Below are positions 39,101 through 50,300 of a stretch of 64,000 bases of DNA, in pieces. Source of the stretch: a virus. Lineage: Duplodnaviria > Caudoviricetes. Within the stretch, counting starts at the first letter, position 1. The number at the start of each line of letters is the position of its first letter. The position numbers and the translations under genes are program-made. Under the pieces are notes generated by a model that saw only the letters and a list, made by a program, of their open reading frames with translations, was not told where the DNA came from and did not search any database. The stretch is from IMG/VR virus record IMGVR_UViG_2811995254_000001, positions 1 to 64,000 of that record; one strand, written 5' to 3'.

Positions 39101-40465
39101 GTCTACCAAACAGATAAGGTATCACAAGTACTGTATGGAAAAGATGTGATGTATAATGCTGATGGCACCTCAAATGTAGCCAAAGTTCCTTATGTATTAG
39201 GTGAATCCGTTCCTTATGCAGGAGAATATGGAATGTCACACCCAGAATCATTTGAAAAAGAAGGTAATCGATGTTATTGGGTAGATGCTAAGCGTGGGCA
39301 AGTACTTCGCTTATCAAATAATGGAATTAGCCCAATTACCTATGGTTTGGAAGGATGGTTTAGAGATAATTTAACCAATAAACAAAATGCTAAAATACTC
39401 GGAGGATATGATCCTTATACTAAACTATTTAATTTGACAATTGGAGATACACCAAATTATATCTCTCAAATAGTTAGTGGTTCTGAATTGGCAAGATATC
39501 GAGTAAGTGATGAATTTGTTTTTGAATTAGCCTTGTCTAGACGAGTTGGTCAAACTATTTTTGAATATGATATTACAGAGGGTAGAGCTACAATTTCTGC
39601 AACTTACGCTGGACGAGAATATGTAGAATCCAATGTGACCGGAATCGGACAACTTATTATCAATGTTGACGAAACAGAAACTGCAGAAATACAAACAACA
39701 GTAGTTCCTACAACAGAAACTGCGACATATTCTATTCGCTCATTTTCCCCTGAAGGAATTTCACAACGAATCACATTTATTACCTTGTCAAATGATATGG
39801 TTTATGGACTTAATGTGAATCATAGTATTTCTATAAATGGCGGACCAGAATTCTTTGATCAATTACTTATAGAAGATAATAACATAAATCAGTTTTCAGA
39901 AGAAATAGGCATCCAAGGAGAAGGTAAGTTCCCTAAGAAATCTGATACTATAACATTGAGAAGTTATAGTGATAGCGATATAGCTGATTTAGCCATTGGT
40001 TATGTTATATCAGATGAAAATTATTCAGAATCAGATTTACCTAAACTTATTAGCCAGGTTGTTCCATTAAAAACTATAAGCGGAAAAGAGATTGAGGGTT
40101 CATTTGATTTTACTTCTGAAGGTAATATTTATGTTGTCTATAATTATGGAGGATACAATCCTAATTATGAAAAAGTGTTGCCTCCCTCTTATTTTGAATT
40201 AGGAATTGGGGCAGATAAATCCTCAATCGATATTAAGTTTAAAAACGAGCAAGATAATTCCATTGTGAAAGGAAATGAAATCTCATATAGAAACTCAAAG
40301 GAAACACAATGGAGTGAAATTATATTTATTCCATATGTTGATAGTACTGAGCAAAATCACACTATTTCTGATTTATCCAATGGGTCAGAATATGAGGTAA
40401 GAATTAGAACAATAGGTATTGATAATAGTACTTCTGATTATTTAATTGAAACGATTGCACTATGA
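36185..40465 (+). CDS. Tail stabilization / muzzle protein (crAss-like) with C-terminal FN3-like domain
   Basis: GVMNKDVDERLL..G.Y..AEN, FSYRYKY.DGE.S, YAGEYGM..PESF. Confidence 0.85.
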   Translation: MPNIRRTFVKGVMNKDVDERLLDDGYYRHAENIIINTSEGSDVGAIEKCLSNKQLINFSGLFSLGSNIETVGSYSDEAKNKLYWWVISSKGCYLFGYDFNTKTIEGILLDSRPLSTRVLKLKRNTKITGIAKIISEDDSKDMLLWTDNNMEICCINIQRAKSYYANEFQKEDIYLIKKPPTKAPRIQKTFDRLSSNNIEEKFISFSYRYKYLDGEFSAMAPFTEYAFEPKELEIDFSTQDNLSMINKFNSVKVFFNTGDKRVKEIQVLAKESNSNNVYIVETFNKKKESIGHNQEKSLSYSNNKLYKVLSEKDFFKQYDNVPRKAKALDVIGNRVVLGNYTEGYDLKDNQKKDINIDFRLSSTSSEIDKGLITSVNSGRQQLKLNNRLNLYKKGYGIKVFLDVLNDYYSESNPNYGATLISETFLFTLYKDFSSLNEIYNDNAFSDFTNSINYYIEANIANWKLNPTDTINEYPKVSFRFLGNDLLLNISHGLLTQGPAGGGQLWTKFSDEAYFSVVEAGKGQSLKSNRDYEAAIVYADEFGRCSTAITSLENSIYIDPSKSASINKLQIEIKNKAPYWATSYRFAIKSAPLNYSNIIVSRFYVEDDFVWCKLEGSSKDKVNEGDILILKKDTYAEATKLTTIPILEKKNQPKDFIQGNKDASGNDIIEEAGTYIRIKAEGFVMNENNYKIYQDSKSDTRKTRGRFPDVTLVLPIEGRWVDLELTEGSSVYLWMYSRNHLDAGWQENTFEKEWLINKENYNLQKWYEEYIHEKDLWGTSGNDIQNYRRKVKKVDSNGKDGLYIDGTHSASSGGRRGYLDAKMVVRTNTGYYIFETEEKKNLDTGIFYKTSQSFDIVNGLHQGNISNQTTTSAAKIELDFFNCFAFGNGLESYQIKDKFNANALNIDLQPTSTSEEDYSEVTRYSDLTYSESFIESTGFNGISSFNQTLINWKELDKGNGPIQKIVAREGNLLVYQTDKVSQVLYGKDVMYNADGTSNVAKVPYVLGESVPYAGEYGMSHPESFEKEGNRCYWVDAKRGQVLRLSNNGISPITYGLEGWFRDNLTNKQNAKILGGYDPYTKLFNLTIGDTPNYISQIVSGSELARYRVSDEFVFELALSRRVGQTIFEYDITEGRATISATYAGREYVESNVTGIGQLIINVDETETAEIQTTVVPTTETATYSIRSFSPEGISQRITFITLSNDMVYGLNVNHSISINGGPEFFDQLLIEDNNINQFSEEIGIQGEGKFPKKSDTITLRSYSDSDIADLAIGYVISDENYSESDLPKLISQVVPLKTISGKEIEGSFDFTSEGNIYVVYNYGGYNPNYEKVLPPSYFELGIGADKSSIDIKFKNEQDNSIVKGNEISYRNSKETQWSEIIFIPYVDSTEQNHTISDLSNGSEYEVRIRTIGIDNSTSDYLIETIAL

Positions 40466-41181
40466 AAACATTAGGGTTTAAAGAAAAAGAAACTGGATGG
40501 GTGTCATTCTTTAGTTTTTTGCCTGACGCTTATTTACGACTTGGCGGAACTGCCTTTGTTATTAAAGACGGAAACCTTTGGCAGCAGAATGATAAATCTA
40601 ATCCAATTACCAATACTTTTTTTGGTGTAAAGTATCCATCAAAAATAAATACAGTGTTTAATGAGGTCCAAACCGATGACAAGATTTTCAAAACATTTGT
40701 AATTGAAGGTAGCTCGTCTTGGGATGTTGAAATAAAGACTAACCTTACAAAAACTTCTTTAAAAGCTACGGACTTCAATAAAAAGGAAAGTAGATACTTT
40801 GCTTATTTGCGAGGAAATGAACAAGAAGGAGATTTGAACGGAAACGCACAAGGAGTCGGAATTTGTCAAAGTAATAATTCTGATACTTTGTTCTTTAAAA
40901 GAGTTTCAGAACTTACAAATGTTGGGGATCAACTATTTAAATTAGATGGGGATCAATCACTTTTAATTGGAAATATAATTGATAAATCAGAAACTTCTAT
41001 TCGAGTTGATGTCAACCTAGTGGACAGTTATAATGGGTTCTTTATCCTATCTAGCAGAAACGCTAGAATTGATGGAGGAGAAATACGCGGTTATTATGCG
41101 GATATAGAAATGATAAATAATGATGATAAGCAAGTTGAATTATTTGCTATTAATTCTAATATCGTAAAAAGTTATGTTTAA
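40462..41181 (+). CDS. Tail structural protein
   Basis: GWVSFFSFLPD...KKE...IRGYY; coupled to muzzle gene. Confidence 0.75.
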   Translation: MKTLGFKEKETGWVSFFSFLPDAYLRLGGTAFVIKDGNLWQQNDKSNPITNTFFGVKYPSKINTVFNEVQTDDKIFKTFVIEGSSSWDVEIKTNLTKTSLKATDFNKKESRYFAYLRGNEQEGDLNGNAQGVGICQSNNSDTLFFKRVSELTNVGDQLFKLDGDQSLLIGNIIDKSETSIRVDVNLVDSYNGFFILSSRNARIDGGEIRGYYADIEMINNDDKQVELFAINSNIVKSYV

Positions 41182-41575
41182 TGCTCGTGTTTTAAAAGAA
41201 GAAGATTACCAAGAATTAGTTTCTTGGTGGACTTGGTGGAGATTCCCCCCTCCTTTGCAGGAAATGTTACCTAACAATGGAACCTGCGGTATTATGCTTT
41301 CAAAAGAAGGTATTAATATCTGTGCAGGATTCATATACTATACTAATTCAAAAATATGTTGGATAGAGTTTGTTGTGTCAAATCCAGACTATCGCGAATC
41401 GGATAGAAAAGAAGCTTTAGTTTCGCTTATCAATGAACTTGGCAAAATAGCTAAAAGCCAAGGTTACAAAGTAGCTTATACCAATCTTAAAAACGCTTCT
41501 TTAATCAATCACTTTTCAGATTGTCAATATATTAAAGGCTCTACAGAAACAACTGAGATGATAAAAGTGTTATAA
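41174..41575 (+). CDS. GNAT-like phage protein (intact prophage copy)
   Basis: Lies between tail and ejection genes, as GNAT-like genes do in many podoviruses. Confidence 0.75.
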   Translation: MFNARVLKEEDYQELVSWWTWWRFPPPLQEMLPNNGTCGIMLSKEGINICAGFIYYTNSKICWIEFVVSNPDYRESDRKEALVSLINELGKIAKSQGYKVAYTNLKNASLINHFSDCQYIKGSTETTEMIKVL

Positions 41576-41619
41576 TATTAAAAGCGACTTCAAAAAGTCG
41601 CCTTTAATATTATAAACTA

Positions 41620-41946
41620 TTAATTTCCTATTGTTCCCTTAGCAGGAGTAAAACTTGCAATCTTAACACCGTTCGGTAGTTCTTGATACTCACATAGGTG
41701 GTCAAATATCATTTGTGTAATTTGATCAGGATGTTGACTTAGAAGTGAATTGCAAACTGAAAAATGAAAAGTACCTGCTGCCCCATAATAAACGGATGAA
41801 AAAGGCCAACAGTAACTAGATAAATTTTCACTAATAACACTAATTTCTACACAAAAATCAGGATTAATATCTGGCGGTGTATTCCCTGTTTGAGCAAAAG
41901 CTCCCATTGAAAAACAAAACGCTAATCCTAATAATAATTTCTTCAT
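41620..41946 (-). CDS. Moron: small secreted Cys-containing protein
   Basis: Signal MKKLLLGLAFCFSMGAFA; antisense to late genes; hairpin at 41579-41607. Confidence 0.8.
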   Translation of the reverse strand: MKKLLLGLAFCFSMGAFAQTGNTPPDINPDFCVEISVISENLSSYCWPFSSVYYGAAGTFHFSVCNSLLSQHPDQITQMIFDHLCEYQELPNGVKIASFTPAKGTIGN

Positions 41947-42136
41947 AATATATAATTTTAAAAATTGGTTAGTTTAAATGTATATAATGTTAATTTGATT
42001 AAAAATTAAATACCCTACATTTAACTTAATGTACAGTTTTACTATACATTAAAATAGTTTTCATCTATCGAAATATAAATTACAATAGATTTTATTTATT
42101 ATCTTTGAGTAAAGTGATAACTAAAATCTATTTTTT

Positions 42137-42910
42137 ATGGCAGCAGCGATTACAAGTGCGGCACTGGGTGTTGCAGTAGCAGGAGCTTCAATCTATCAAG
42201 GAGAACAGCAAAAAAAGAAAGCAAAAGCAGAACTTAATGCTTATGAACGACAAGAACTTAATAATTCTCTTGAGAATGTAGGTATCTCAACAGTTGGGAC
42301 TGATTTAATGAGGGAAGAAGCTCAACGAACCACTGCTAATATCGTTGATGCTTTACAAGGCGGAGGAAGTAGAGGTTTAGCCTTGTTACCAGCTGTACAA
42401 GCCAATACTAACCAAGTTAATCGACAGATTCAAAAAGATATTGATGACCAGATCATCCAACGAGAATACGCAATCGCTGGAGAAGATTCTCGTATTATGG
42501 GAATCAAAGAACAACGAGATAATCAAAATATTGCTGCTCTTGGAAGTCAATATATGGCTGGAGAGCAAAACACCTGGAATGGAATAAATGGAGCGATTGC
42601 GGCGGCTGGTTCATTAGGTAGTGCTATTGGTTCAAGTCCTAATACTAGTCCAACCCCACAGTCGGCCAATGAAATTCCTACACCGCAATCAAGAACTAAC
42701 ATGTCTCTAGCAGGTTCTATTTCACATCCTAGTTTTCAATCATTATCCCCAATGACAAATAGCAGTGGACGAAGAATGGAAACTTCATTATCTAATTCAA
42801 TAACTCCTTCTTACATGGGTTATGATCCTTTCTTCAACACAAGGTTCCAACTTTCTCCAATAGTTCCTTTTACCACTGAAAATAATATGAATTATAAAAT
42901 TAATGTATAG
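42137..42910 (+). CDS. Internal virion / ejection protein
   Basis: Ala/Gly-rich N-terminus, Gln-rich coiled coil. Confidence 0.7.
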   Translation: MAAAITSAALGVAVAGASIYQGEQQKKKAKAELNAYERQELNNSLENVGISTVGTDLMREEAQRTTANIVDALQGGGSRGLALLPAVQANTNQVNRQIQKDIDDQIIQREYAIAGEDSRIMGIKEQRDNQNIAALGSQYMAGEQNTWNGINGAIAAAGSLGSAIGSSPNTSPTPQSANEIPTPQSRTNMSLAGSISHPSFQSLSPMTNSSGRRMETSLSNSITPSYMGYDPFFNTRFQLSPIVPFTTENNMNYKINV

Positions 42911-42912
42911 TT

Positions 42913-44355
42913 ATGGCAGGAAATCATACTAGCGTTTATGCTCCATCACAAGCTTCTGGTTTTAATCTTGCTGATACTATTGGTCAACAAGAAAGATTAA
43001 GCCTAGCACGTAAGGACCAACAAATGCGTGAACAACAACTAGAAGAACATCGTCGAGATAAACAACTTGTTCGTGATGAAAAACTTCGCGAACGTCTTTT
43101 AAAAAGCATACAAAACTATGATACTGGTTCTGCTTCATTAAACGAACTACAAGGGCGTATGATTATGCAGGCTGTTAACCGTAAAGGGGAAATATACAAT
43201 CAGCTACGCAAGGGGAATTTGAGTGATTCAGAAAGGATTAAACTCGAAATGGAGAACATGAACTTAGATAATCTTCCTTCAAACCTAAAAGTGGCTACTC
43301 AAAATTTCACTAAAATGAATCAAGACTACATGGAAGGAGTGAAAAAAGGCTCTCTTTTCAGAAACCTTGACTTTGAAAAAAAGGTATTGAATGGTTTTGA
43401 AAACTATTTGGGTGGCATAGACGAAAACGGATTTCCGTTAGTTGGTTTTAAAGATATAGACGGTGATGGTAAAATAGATCTAATGCCATGGGATAATTTA
43501 AAAGACGGTATTGGTGTTTGGGAGTTTCAACCTAAAATGGATTATGACAAAATGATTACTGAGATGTCGGAAGGATTGGGAACTGTAAAAACTAAAGACC
43601 GAGAAGGTTATGATATCATAACTGAAAAAGGAATTCCTCTTGATGTGGCTCAATCTTCCGCCCAATCCATGATGTATGATTCAAATGGATACTTAACAAA
43701 CTTCGCAAAATCAAGACTTACAGAGCTTGGCTATGATTATAGAAACCCCAACGAAGAAACTTTAAAAGGTATAGAACGAGATGTAGCTGAAAGAATTCTT
43801 AATTCAAAGGACCGAGAAAGTTTACGTGAACGCGATACAACTTCAGAGCAAGGAGCGCTGAATCGTGCTCAACGTGAAAGAATTCACCAAGACAATAAAA
43901 CAAAGGAAACTAATACAGGTATCGGAGAAGCAGTTGAGCCAACAACAAATACTTGGGGAAATCATTACAAAGAAATTGCACCTGGCGCAATGAGTGTTCC
44001 TATTGATGGTAAAGTGAAGTTGGAAGCAATCGATTTAAAGACTGGAGATAATACTAAAACATTATCTAATGTAAGTATTGATAATTATACTTATTCAAAA
44101 GATGGAAGAATGATTGTGACTGGAAGTTATCCTGAAGGAAAAACTACAGTAAATCTTGGTAATTATGGAGAAGGAGGTAAAAGCACTTCCACTGAAAACA
44201 AAAAAATGAAAACCATTGTTTCAAAAGAAACAGAAAGCCGAATAGCAAAGATGCTTAATGCTACTACTGAGGAATTAAAGCAGCGCGCGAACTACACTAA
44301 ACAAAATATGTCAACCAAAGAATTGCCCGATTTTAATGAACTACCTGATTTATAA
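42913..44355 (+). CDS. Internal virion / ejection protein
   Basis: 480 aa, helical; position. Confidence 0.65.
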   Translation: MAGNHTSVYAPSQASGFNLADTIGQQERLSLARKDQQMREQQLEEHRRDKQLVRDEKLRERLLKSIQNYDTGSASLNELQGRMIMQAVNRKGEIYNQLRKGNLSDSERIKLEMENMNLDNLPSNLKVATQNFTKMNQDYMEGVKKGSLFRNLDFEKKVLNGFENYLGGIDENGFPLVGFKDIDGDGKIDLMPWDNLKDGIGVWEFQPKMDYDKMITEMSEGLGTVKTKDREGYDIITEKGIPLDVAQSSAQSMMYDSNGYLTNFAKSRLTELGYDYRNPNEETLKGIERDVAERILNSKDRESLRERDTTSEQGALNRAQRERIHQDNKTKETNTGIGEAVEPTTNTWGNHYKEIAPGAMSVPIDGKVKLEAIDLKTGDNTKTLSNVSIDNYTYSKDGRMIVTGSYPEGKTTVNLGNYGEGGKSTSTENKKMKTIVSKETESRIAKMLNATTEELKQRANYTKQNMSTKELPDFNELPDL

Positions 44356-44358
44356 TCG

Positions 44359-47300
44359 ATGGATAATAAAAAATACAGTTATAACGGAAAAGAATACTCC
44401 TATTCAGATTTACAATCAAAATATGGAGATAAAACAGATCAAGCTATTTCTAAGTTTGGCTTTAAAGAAGTAATTCCTGAGCCAAAATACACATTTAATG
44501 GTAAGGAATATTCTCGTTCACAACTACAAGACAAATATGGAGATAGGACTGATGAGGCTATTTCTAAATTTGGATTTGAACAAGTAGGTTCAAAAAAAAA
44601 AGACATTTCCGCTTCTTCTACTCCTCAGCAAAGTTTGGAATCCAATTCAGGCAATGGTTCTTCGGTTTCTCAAAACAATAAAGTAATTAATCAAAGTAAT
44701 TCAAAAATAACGAAGCTGGCTCAAGACACTGAGTCAGCTAAAGTTGTTTCTAATGAAAAAATAAAGGAGATTACACAATCAGTTGATGATGAAATAAATC
44801 AAGTAGGGATTATAAATAATACCAAGGCTTATGCAAAAAAGGGGTTTAATAAATTAATTGATGGAATATTAACTATTACTCCCTTACATGATTCTGAAAG
44901 AGTCGCATTTAAAAATAGATTTGGTTTAGAAGAAAGTCCTTTATCTGATGAGCTCAAAGAAATAAAAAAACAAGAACAAGACGAAATTATCTTAGCCAAA
45001 AAAGAAAATAGACCTGCTCGAACATTAACTGATGAAGAGAGAATATCTAAAGCTAGACAGTTAAAAATAGATAAGAGAATAAAGTCTGAATCTGATAGTC
45101 AGGTTAGAGCATTTATGAAAGATGCAGAAAACAACATTGATGAATATGGAGTAAGTGACAAAGATAAATTACTTATTTACAATAAAAGTAAGGAGCAATC
45201 TATTTCGTATAAGGATAAAGACCTATTAAAAAGGGCAGATCTATTTAGTAAAGTAGTCTTAAACACTGAAAATGAAATAAAAGAAGTGCGTGATTCTTTT
45301 AGAAATGGAAAAATGACTAAAGATGAGGCACAAAGCAAATTAGACTTCTTAAATAGAAGAAGAAACAACTCCATAGCAGAGGGTATTAGAAATCTAGAAG
45401 AATTTAATAGTAAAGATGATGAATTAGGTACTGTTAAGGATAATATTGATCTACTCAAAAGAAATTACAATTGGATAACTAATATCACAAGAAGTGTTGA
45501 TGCTGGAGTAGATAAAATGGCATCAGGAATTATTGACTCTGGACGTTGGTTAAATGAAATTGTAGGCCAAGATCAATATTCTGCGGACAACATCATGTTT
45601 ATGTCTATGTCTAATGATTTTAAAAAATCATATCAGGCAAAAACAGAAAGTTTAATGAAACCTATATCTGTTGATGATATTGACTTTGATAGCGAACATC
45701 TTTTATCTGATTTTGGTAGTTATGCTTCGACTTTATTAGGACAACAACTTCCTATAATGGCAGCCGTTCTTACGGGAGCACCTGGTATAGCTTCTTTAGG
45801 ATTTTCTTCCGCTGGGGAAAAATATGATGAAATGATAATGGAAGAGGCAAAAGGCGAAGAAAACTATAGCCATACACAAAAAACATTTGCCCCATTAGGT
45901 TATGGTTTATCAGAAACGGGATCTGCATTAATAGATCGTATGATTATGATGAATACCTCTAGAGTGATTAGAGCGGCAACATCATTAGAGAAAAAAGAGA
46001 TTGCTAAAGGGTTTGCTAAGAATGTTTTTATAAAACCAACTCTTCATACATTAAAAAGTACAGCTATTGAAGGACTTGAAGAGGGGGCAACAGAAATTGC
46101 TCAAAATCTTATTGATATTTATTTTCTAGATAAAAAAGATGTTGATGTTTATGACAATGTAAAAGACGCAGTAGTTGCTGGAGGACTAATGGGAGGAGCT
46201 ATGTCTTCACCTGCATTAGTATTCTCTCCATATGGGAGTATTAGAAATTCAATTGAAAGATTTTCGACTGAACAAAATTTAAGACAGGCACAAAACATAG
46301 TTTTTAAACTTAGTGAAGCTCTGAATAGTGATAATATATCTGAAACAGAATTTGGAATTATTAAAGACCAATTCGATAAAGCTACAATTAAAACTATTGA
46401 TATTGCAAAAACAGAAGCTAGTAAAATAGCTCAATTATCCAATGATGAATTTAATGCAATAAATGAAATTGAACGAGGTAAAAAAGAAATTAAATCAAAA
46501 GCTCAAGAGATCCTAGATGGAGAATTAAGTCAAGAATTGAAAGATGAAGTTTTAAAGGGATTAAAAGATGAATATTCTACACTAGAAAACCAACGTATAG
46601 GTATTTTAAACAGAGATTCTAACGCTTTACTTAATCTACTTCCACAAGAAGAAGTTATTCGCTTAAAAGACGAAGCAAGTAGAGAATTGATGCAAGAGAA
46701 AAATCCTGATGGTACCAAAAACATTACCATTGAGGATAAAGAAATTTCTGAACGTGCTTTAGAAAATTACATAAAACAAAGTTTACCAAATGAAACAGTA
46801 CAAACAGAAGATATTGTTGATGATGGAAACATTCGACCTTCAAATGAACAGTTGGACTCAGTACAAGGAGAATTTGAGAACGGGAAGAAAGGAGATAATC
46901 AAACACAAGAGATACAATACACCGAAACAGCTGAACGACCTCAAGTAATCAAAGCTTCTGATAATGGTCGAGAATACACCATTTCAAATGAAGAGGGCAG
47001 AATAGTGTTTAAAGACAGAGATGGTAATACCCCAAGTAAAAGAACATCAAATAGACTTGCTTTAGAGTATGCTAAACAAACTAACTTAACAGAAGGCAAA
47101 CGTGCCCATGAAGTTGAAGGCGTTATTGATAGTAGCGAATTAGCTAATATGACAGTTAAGGAAGCAAATAAATTCATTGCAGAAAAGTCTGAAAGTCCAA
47201 TTGAAATTGCTGAAACTATCCTTGGTAATGAGATTGAAGATTATAGAAATGGAGTTGATTATAAGCAAAAGGTGATTGCAGAAAACCTAGGCCATGTTAG

Positions 47301-50300
47301 TCGTGAAAGTTTTATCCAAAACTCTGACGAGGTACATGCAAAAGAAGGAGGAAGTATTCCCATTCAGTACCTACGTAAAGATGGAACTCCACTAGATACT
47401 AAAGCAAAAGAACTAAGCGAAATCGCAGGAATTGAAATTACAGAACAAGATATTGTCGATTTTATTCTTGAAAATCCAACCGGTTCTCAAACATTTTTGA
47501 ACAATGGTTTCCATTCTGATATTAATTCGTTAAAAGCAAGATTTGAAGAGTTAACAGGACTTCCTGCAACTAATGAAGTTATTCAGGAAATTGTAAATCA
47601 GAATGAAAGAAAACTACAACTTCAAGAACAAATGACTTCTATAGATTTTATGTCTGATGAAGAATTACTACATTTACTTAATCAAAGAGAACAATATGAG
47701 CAAGAAACAGCTAACGCCAGCACAAAGGGAGTACGTGAAATTGCAGATAGCAAAAACAATGAAGGAGAATCCAGAGTACAACAAGATGGTTCAAGAGAGA
47801 ATCAAGGAACTGAAAGCTCAGGAAGCCGAGAAGCCGAAGGAGAACGAGTAAACCTACCAAAGTCCACTTTCAATAAACTAGTACAAACGTTCCAAAAATT
47901 CTTTGGAGCAGGAAATGTACATAGTGATTCTAACAAACTTGCCAAAGTATTAGGACAAGATCCTAATAGTGTATTTTTCCAAAAACAATGGGAAGGGATT
48001 AATGATACATTTAATTCTGAGTTAGAACAACTTCAAAAAGGTACCTTGCCTAAAGGTCATATCTTCCAATTAGGCTCACCTACTAGAATACTTCAAGCAG
48101 CAGGTATTCCTAACTTACCTATTGAATTAGCTGCAAGTAGATTGAAAGATAAGTCTAAACAAGATAATCACCCTTTTGAATTATCAGATATTAAGGATTT
48201 GGCAATTGCAGTTCAAAATCCCCTAGCTGTATTTGATAGTTCTACTCAACTTGGAAGTTTTGTAGTACTTACAGAATTAACTCATAACGGAAAAAATTTC
48301 ATTGCTGCTATTGAAGCTAATAAGAAAAAAGAGCTTATTGAGATCAATGACATTAGAAGTGTATATCCAAGAAATAATATGCAGATTGTATCAGCAATAA
48401 ACGATAACCTAACAAGGTACGCTGATAAACAAAAAATGAGAGAATGGTTCTCTAAACAGCGGTTCAATTCCGCTGAGGTTAAAGGCTTATTCTCTCGTGC
48501 TTCAAATTTAGTACAAAAATTTGAGAATCCAAAAGTTAATGATGTTGATTTTCAGGTTGATTACAAAAAGTTAGCATCTGATAATAAATACACTCAACCA
48601 AAAGTACCAACTCAAAACATTTTCTTTAATGATGTAGAAGTATTAAATAGAGAAACAGAAAATATGGTAGGTAAATTGGTGGATGAAGGCAAAAATGTTT
48701 CTGTTCAATCTGTTGATGTGGTTAATATTATACCTACTCAAAAAAATGTAAACATCAATAATTTAAAAGAGGTCCAAGATGTAAGAGATCGACCATTATT
48801 ATTTAAACAAGGTGATAAGTATTATGTAATTGATGGACACCACAGAATCTCTAATGAAATTCTAGAAGGTGAGAAAAAAGTGGAAGCGGATGTATATGAT
48901 GCAGATGTTCAATTTATGCAAACTCCTGATGGAACCATTTGGGGAGCAACCTTTTTGAATGAGCAAGGACAGCGCGAAATCTACATCAATGAATCAGCGT
49001 TAAGCCCTGAAACCTTATTGCATGAAGTTTATCACCCATTTGATGACATGATGAAACAGGCGTCAGAAAATAGTGATGTACACGCTCTAGTCGCTATTGG
49101 TAGACTTGATAAACTAGCAAAAGAAAATGGGTATTTAGAAGCCGTTCAAAGCAATCCTAACTACGCGAATAAGCCATTAGAACAACAACAAGCCGAAGCT
49201 AGAGTTCAAATGATTGGCGAAATCGGGAATAAACAATTAGATAAGTCTTTCTACGAAAAATTAGAAGCAGCCGTTATCGATGCTATTGAATGGTTAGCCA
49301 AACAGTTTGGAGTATCGCTTAAAAATTATTCTCCTGAGCAAATTATCAATCTAAAACTTGAAGATATTGTAAAAGCGAGTTTGGCCAGTGCTCAAAAAGG
49401 AGAGTTTGAAACTAAAAACACTTCTCCTGTTAAGATAAAAGATAATATAATGTCCGAATTAGAAAGCGGTAAAATAAATATAGATGATGCTATATCTAGA
49501 GAATCGGAAATATTAAGTAACTATAATGATGTTTATGGAAAAGACAGTAATCAAGTTTCTGAACAAAAGAAAGTTGTTGAATCTCTTAAACAATTTAAAT
49601 CAGAATCAAGTAAACCTAGGGTGCAATTTTCTATAAGTTCTAAAGTGAAAGATTCTTTTGATAAGTTAAATAACAAAATAAATAAAAGTATAGGGCGTGA
49701 TTTAACCTTATCATTAGAGAGTTCAACAAAGGCAAATAATGAAGTTATTTCAAAAGTAAAAAGATTATGGAATAACACATTTAAAAGCAGTGCTGGTCTA
49801 AGTTCTTTTAATAAACAAAATGTTGATTTTTTTGAAATTATTAAAGGGTTAGAAAGAAGTGAATCTAGTGTTATAGATGGTCTAAAATATGAAACAAAAC
49901 AATTTAAACTGATACTTAGTAAAATAGGAAATAAAGACACATTAAAAGTTAAAAACGCAAAATTAAGATTGGTAAATGACTATATGTCTGGAATGGATGT
50001 AGATCTATCTTTTCTTGATGCAGAAACTATTTCTCAAATAGATTTTTTCAGATCTAGAATAGATAATCTATCTAATAATATTATAGGAGTATTGCTGAAT
50101 AAAGCTTCGAAATTAGAAGATAGTTTATCAAAACAAAAAGAAAACTCTTTAACTTCTGATAGAATAAAAGAATCTATTATCAATGTCTATAAAGTCATTG
50201 AAAAAATAGAAGATAATAAAGGTAAATACATTACTCGTTCATATCAAGCCTTCCTAGATAACAAATATATAGATAGGCTTACTGTTTCTAGATCGAATAT

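Noticed and set aside
43453-43470. DIDGDG in 42913-44355 as an RNA polymerase catalytic motif
   Set aside because: The protein is only 480 aa with no recognisable double-psi barrel context; fits a generic DxDxDG loop.
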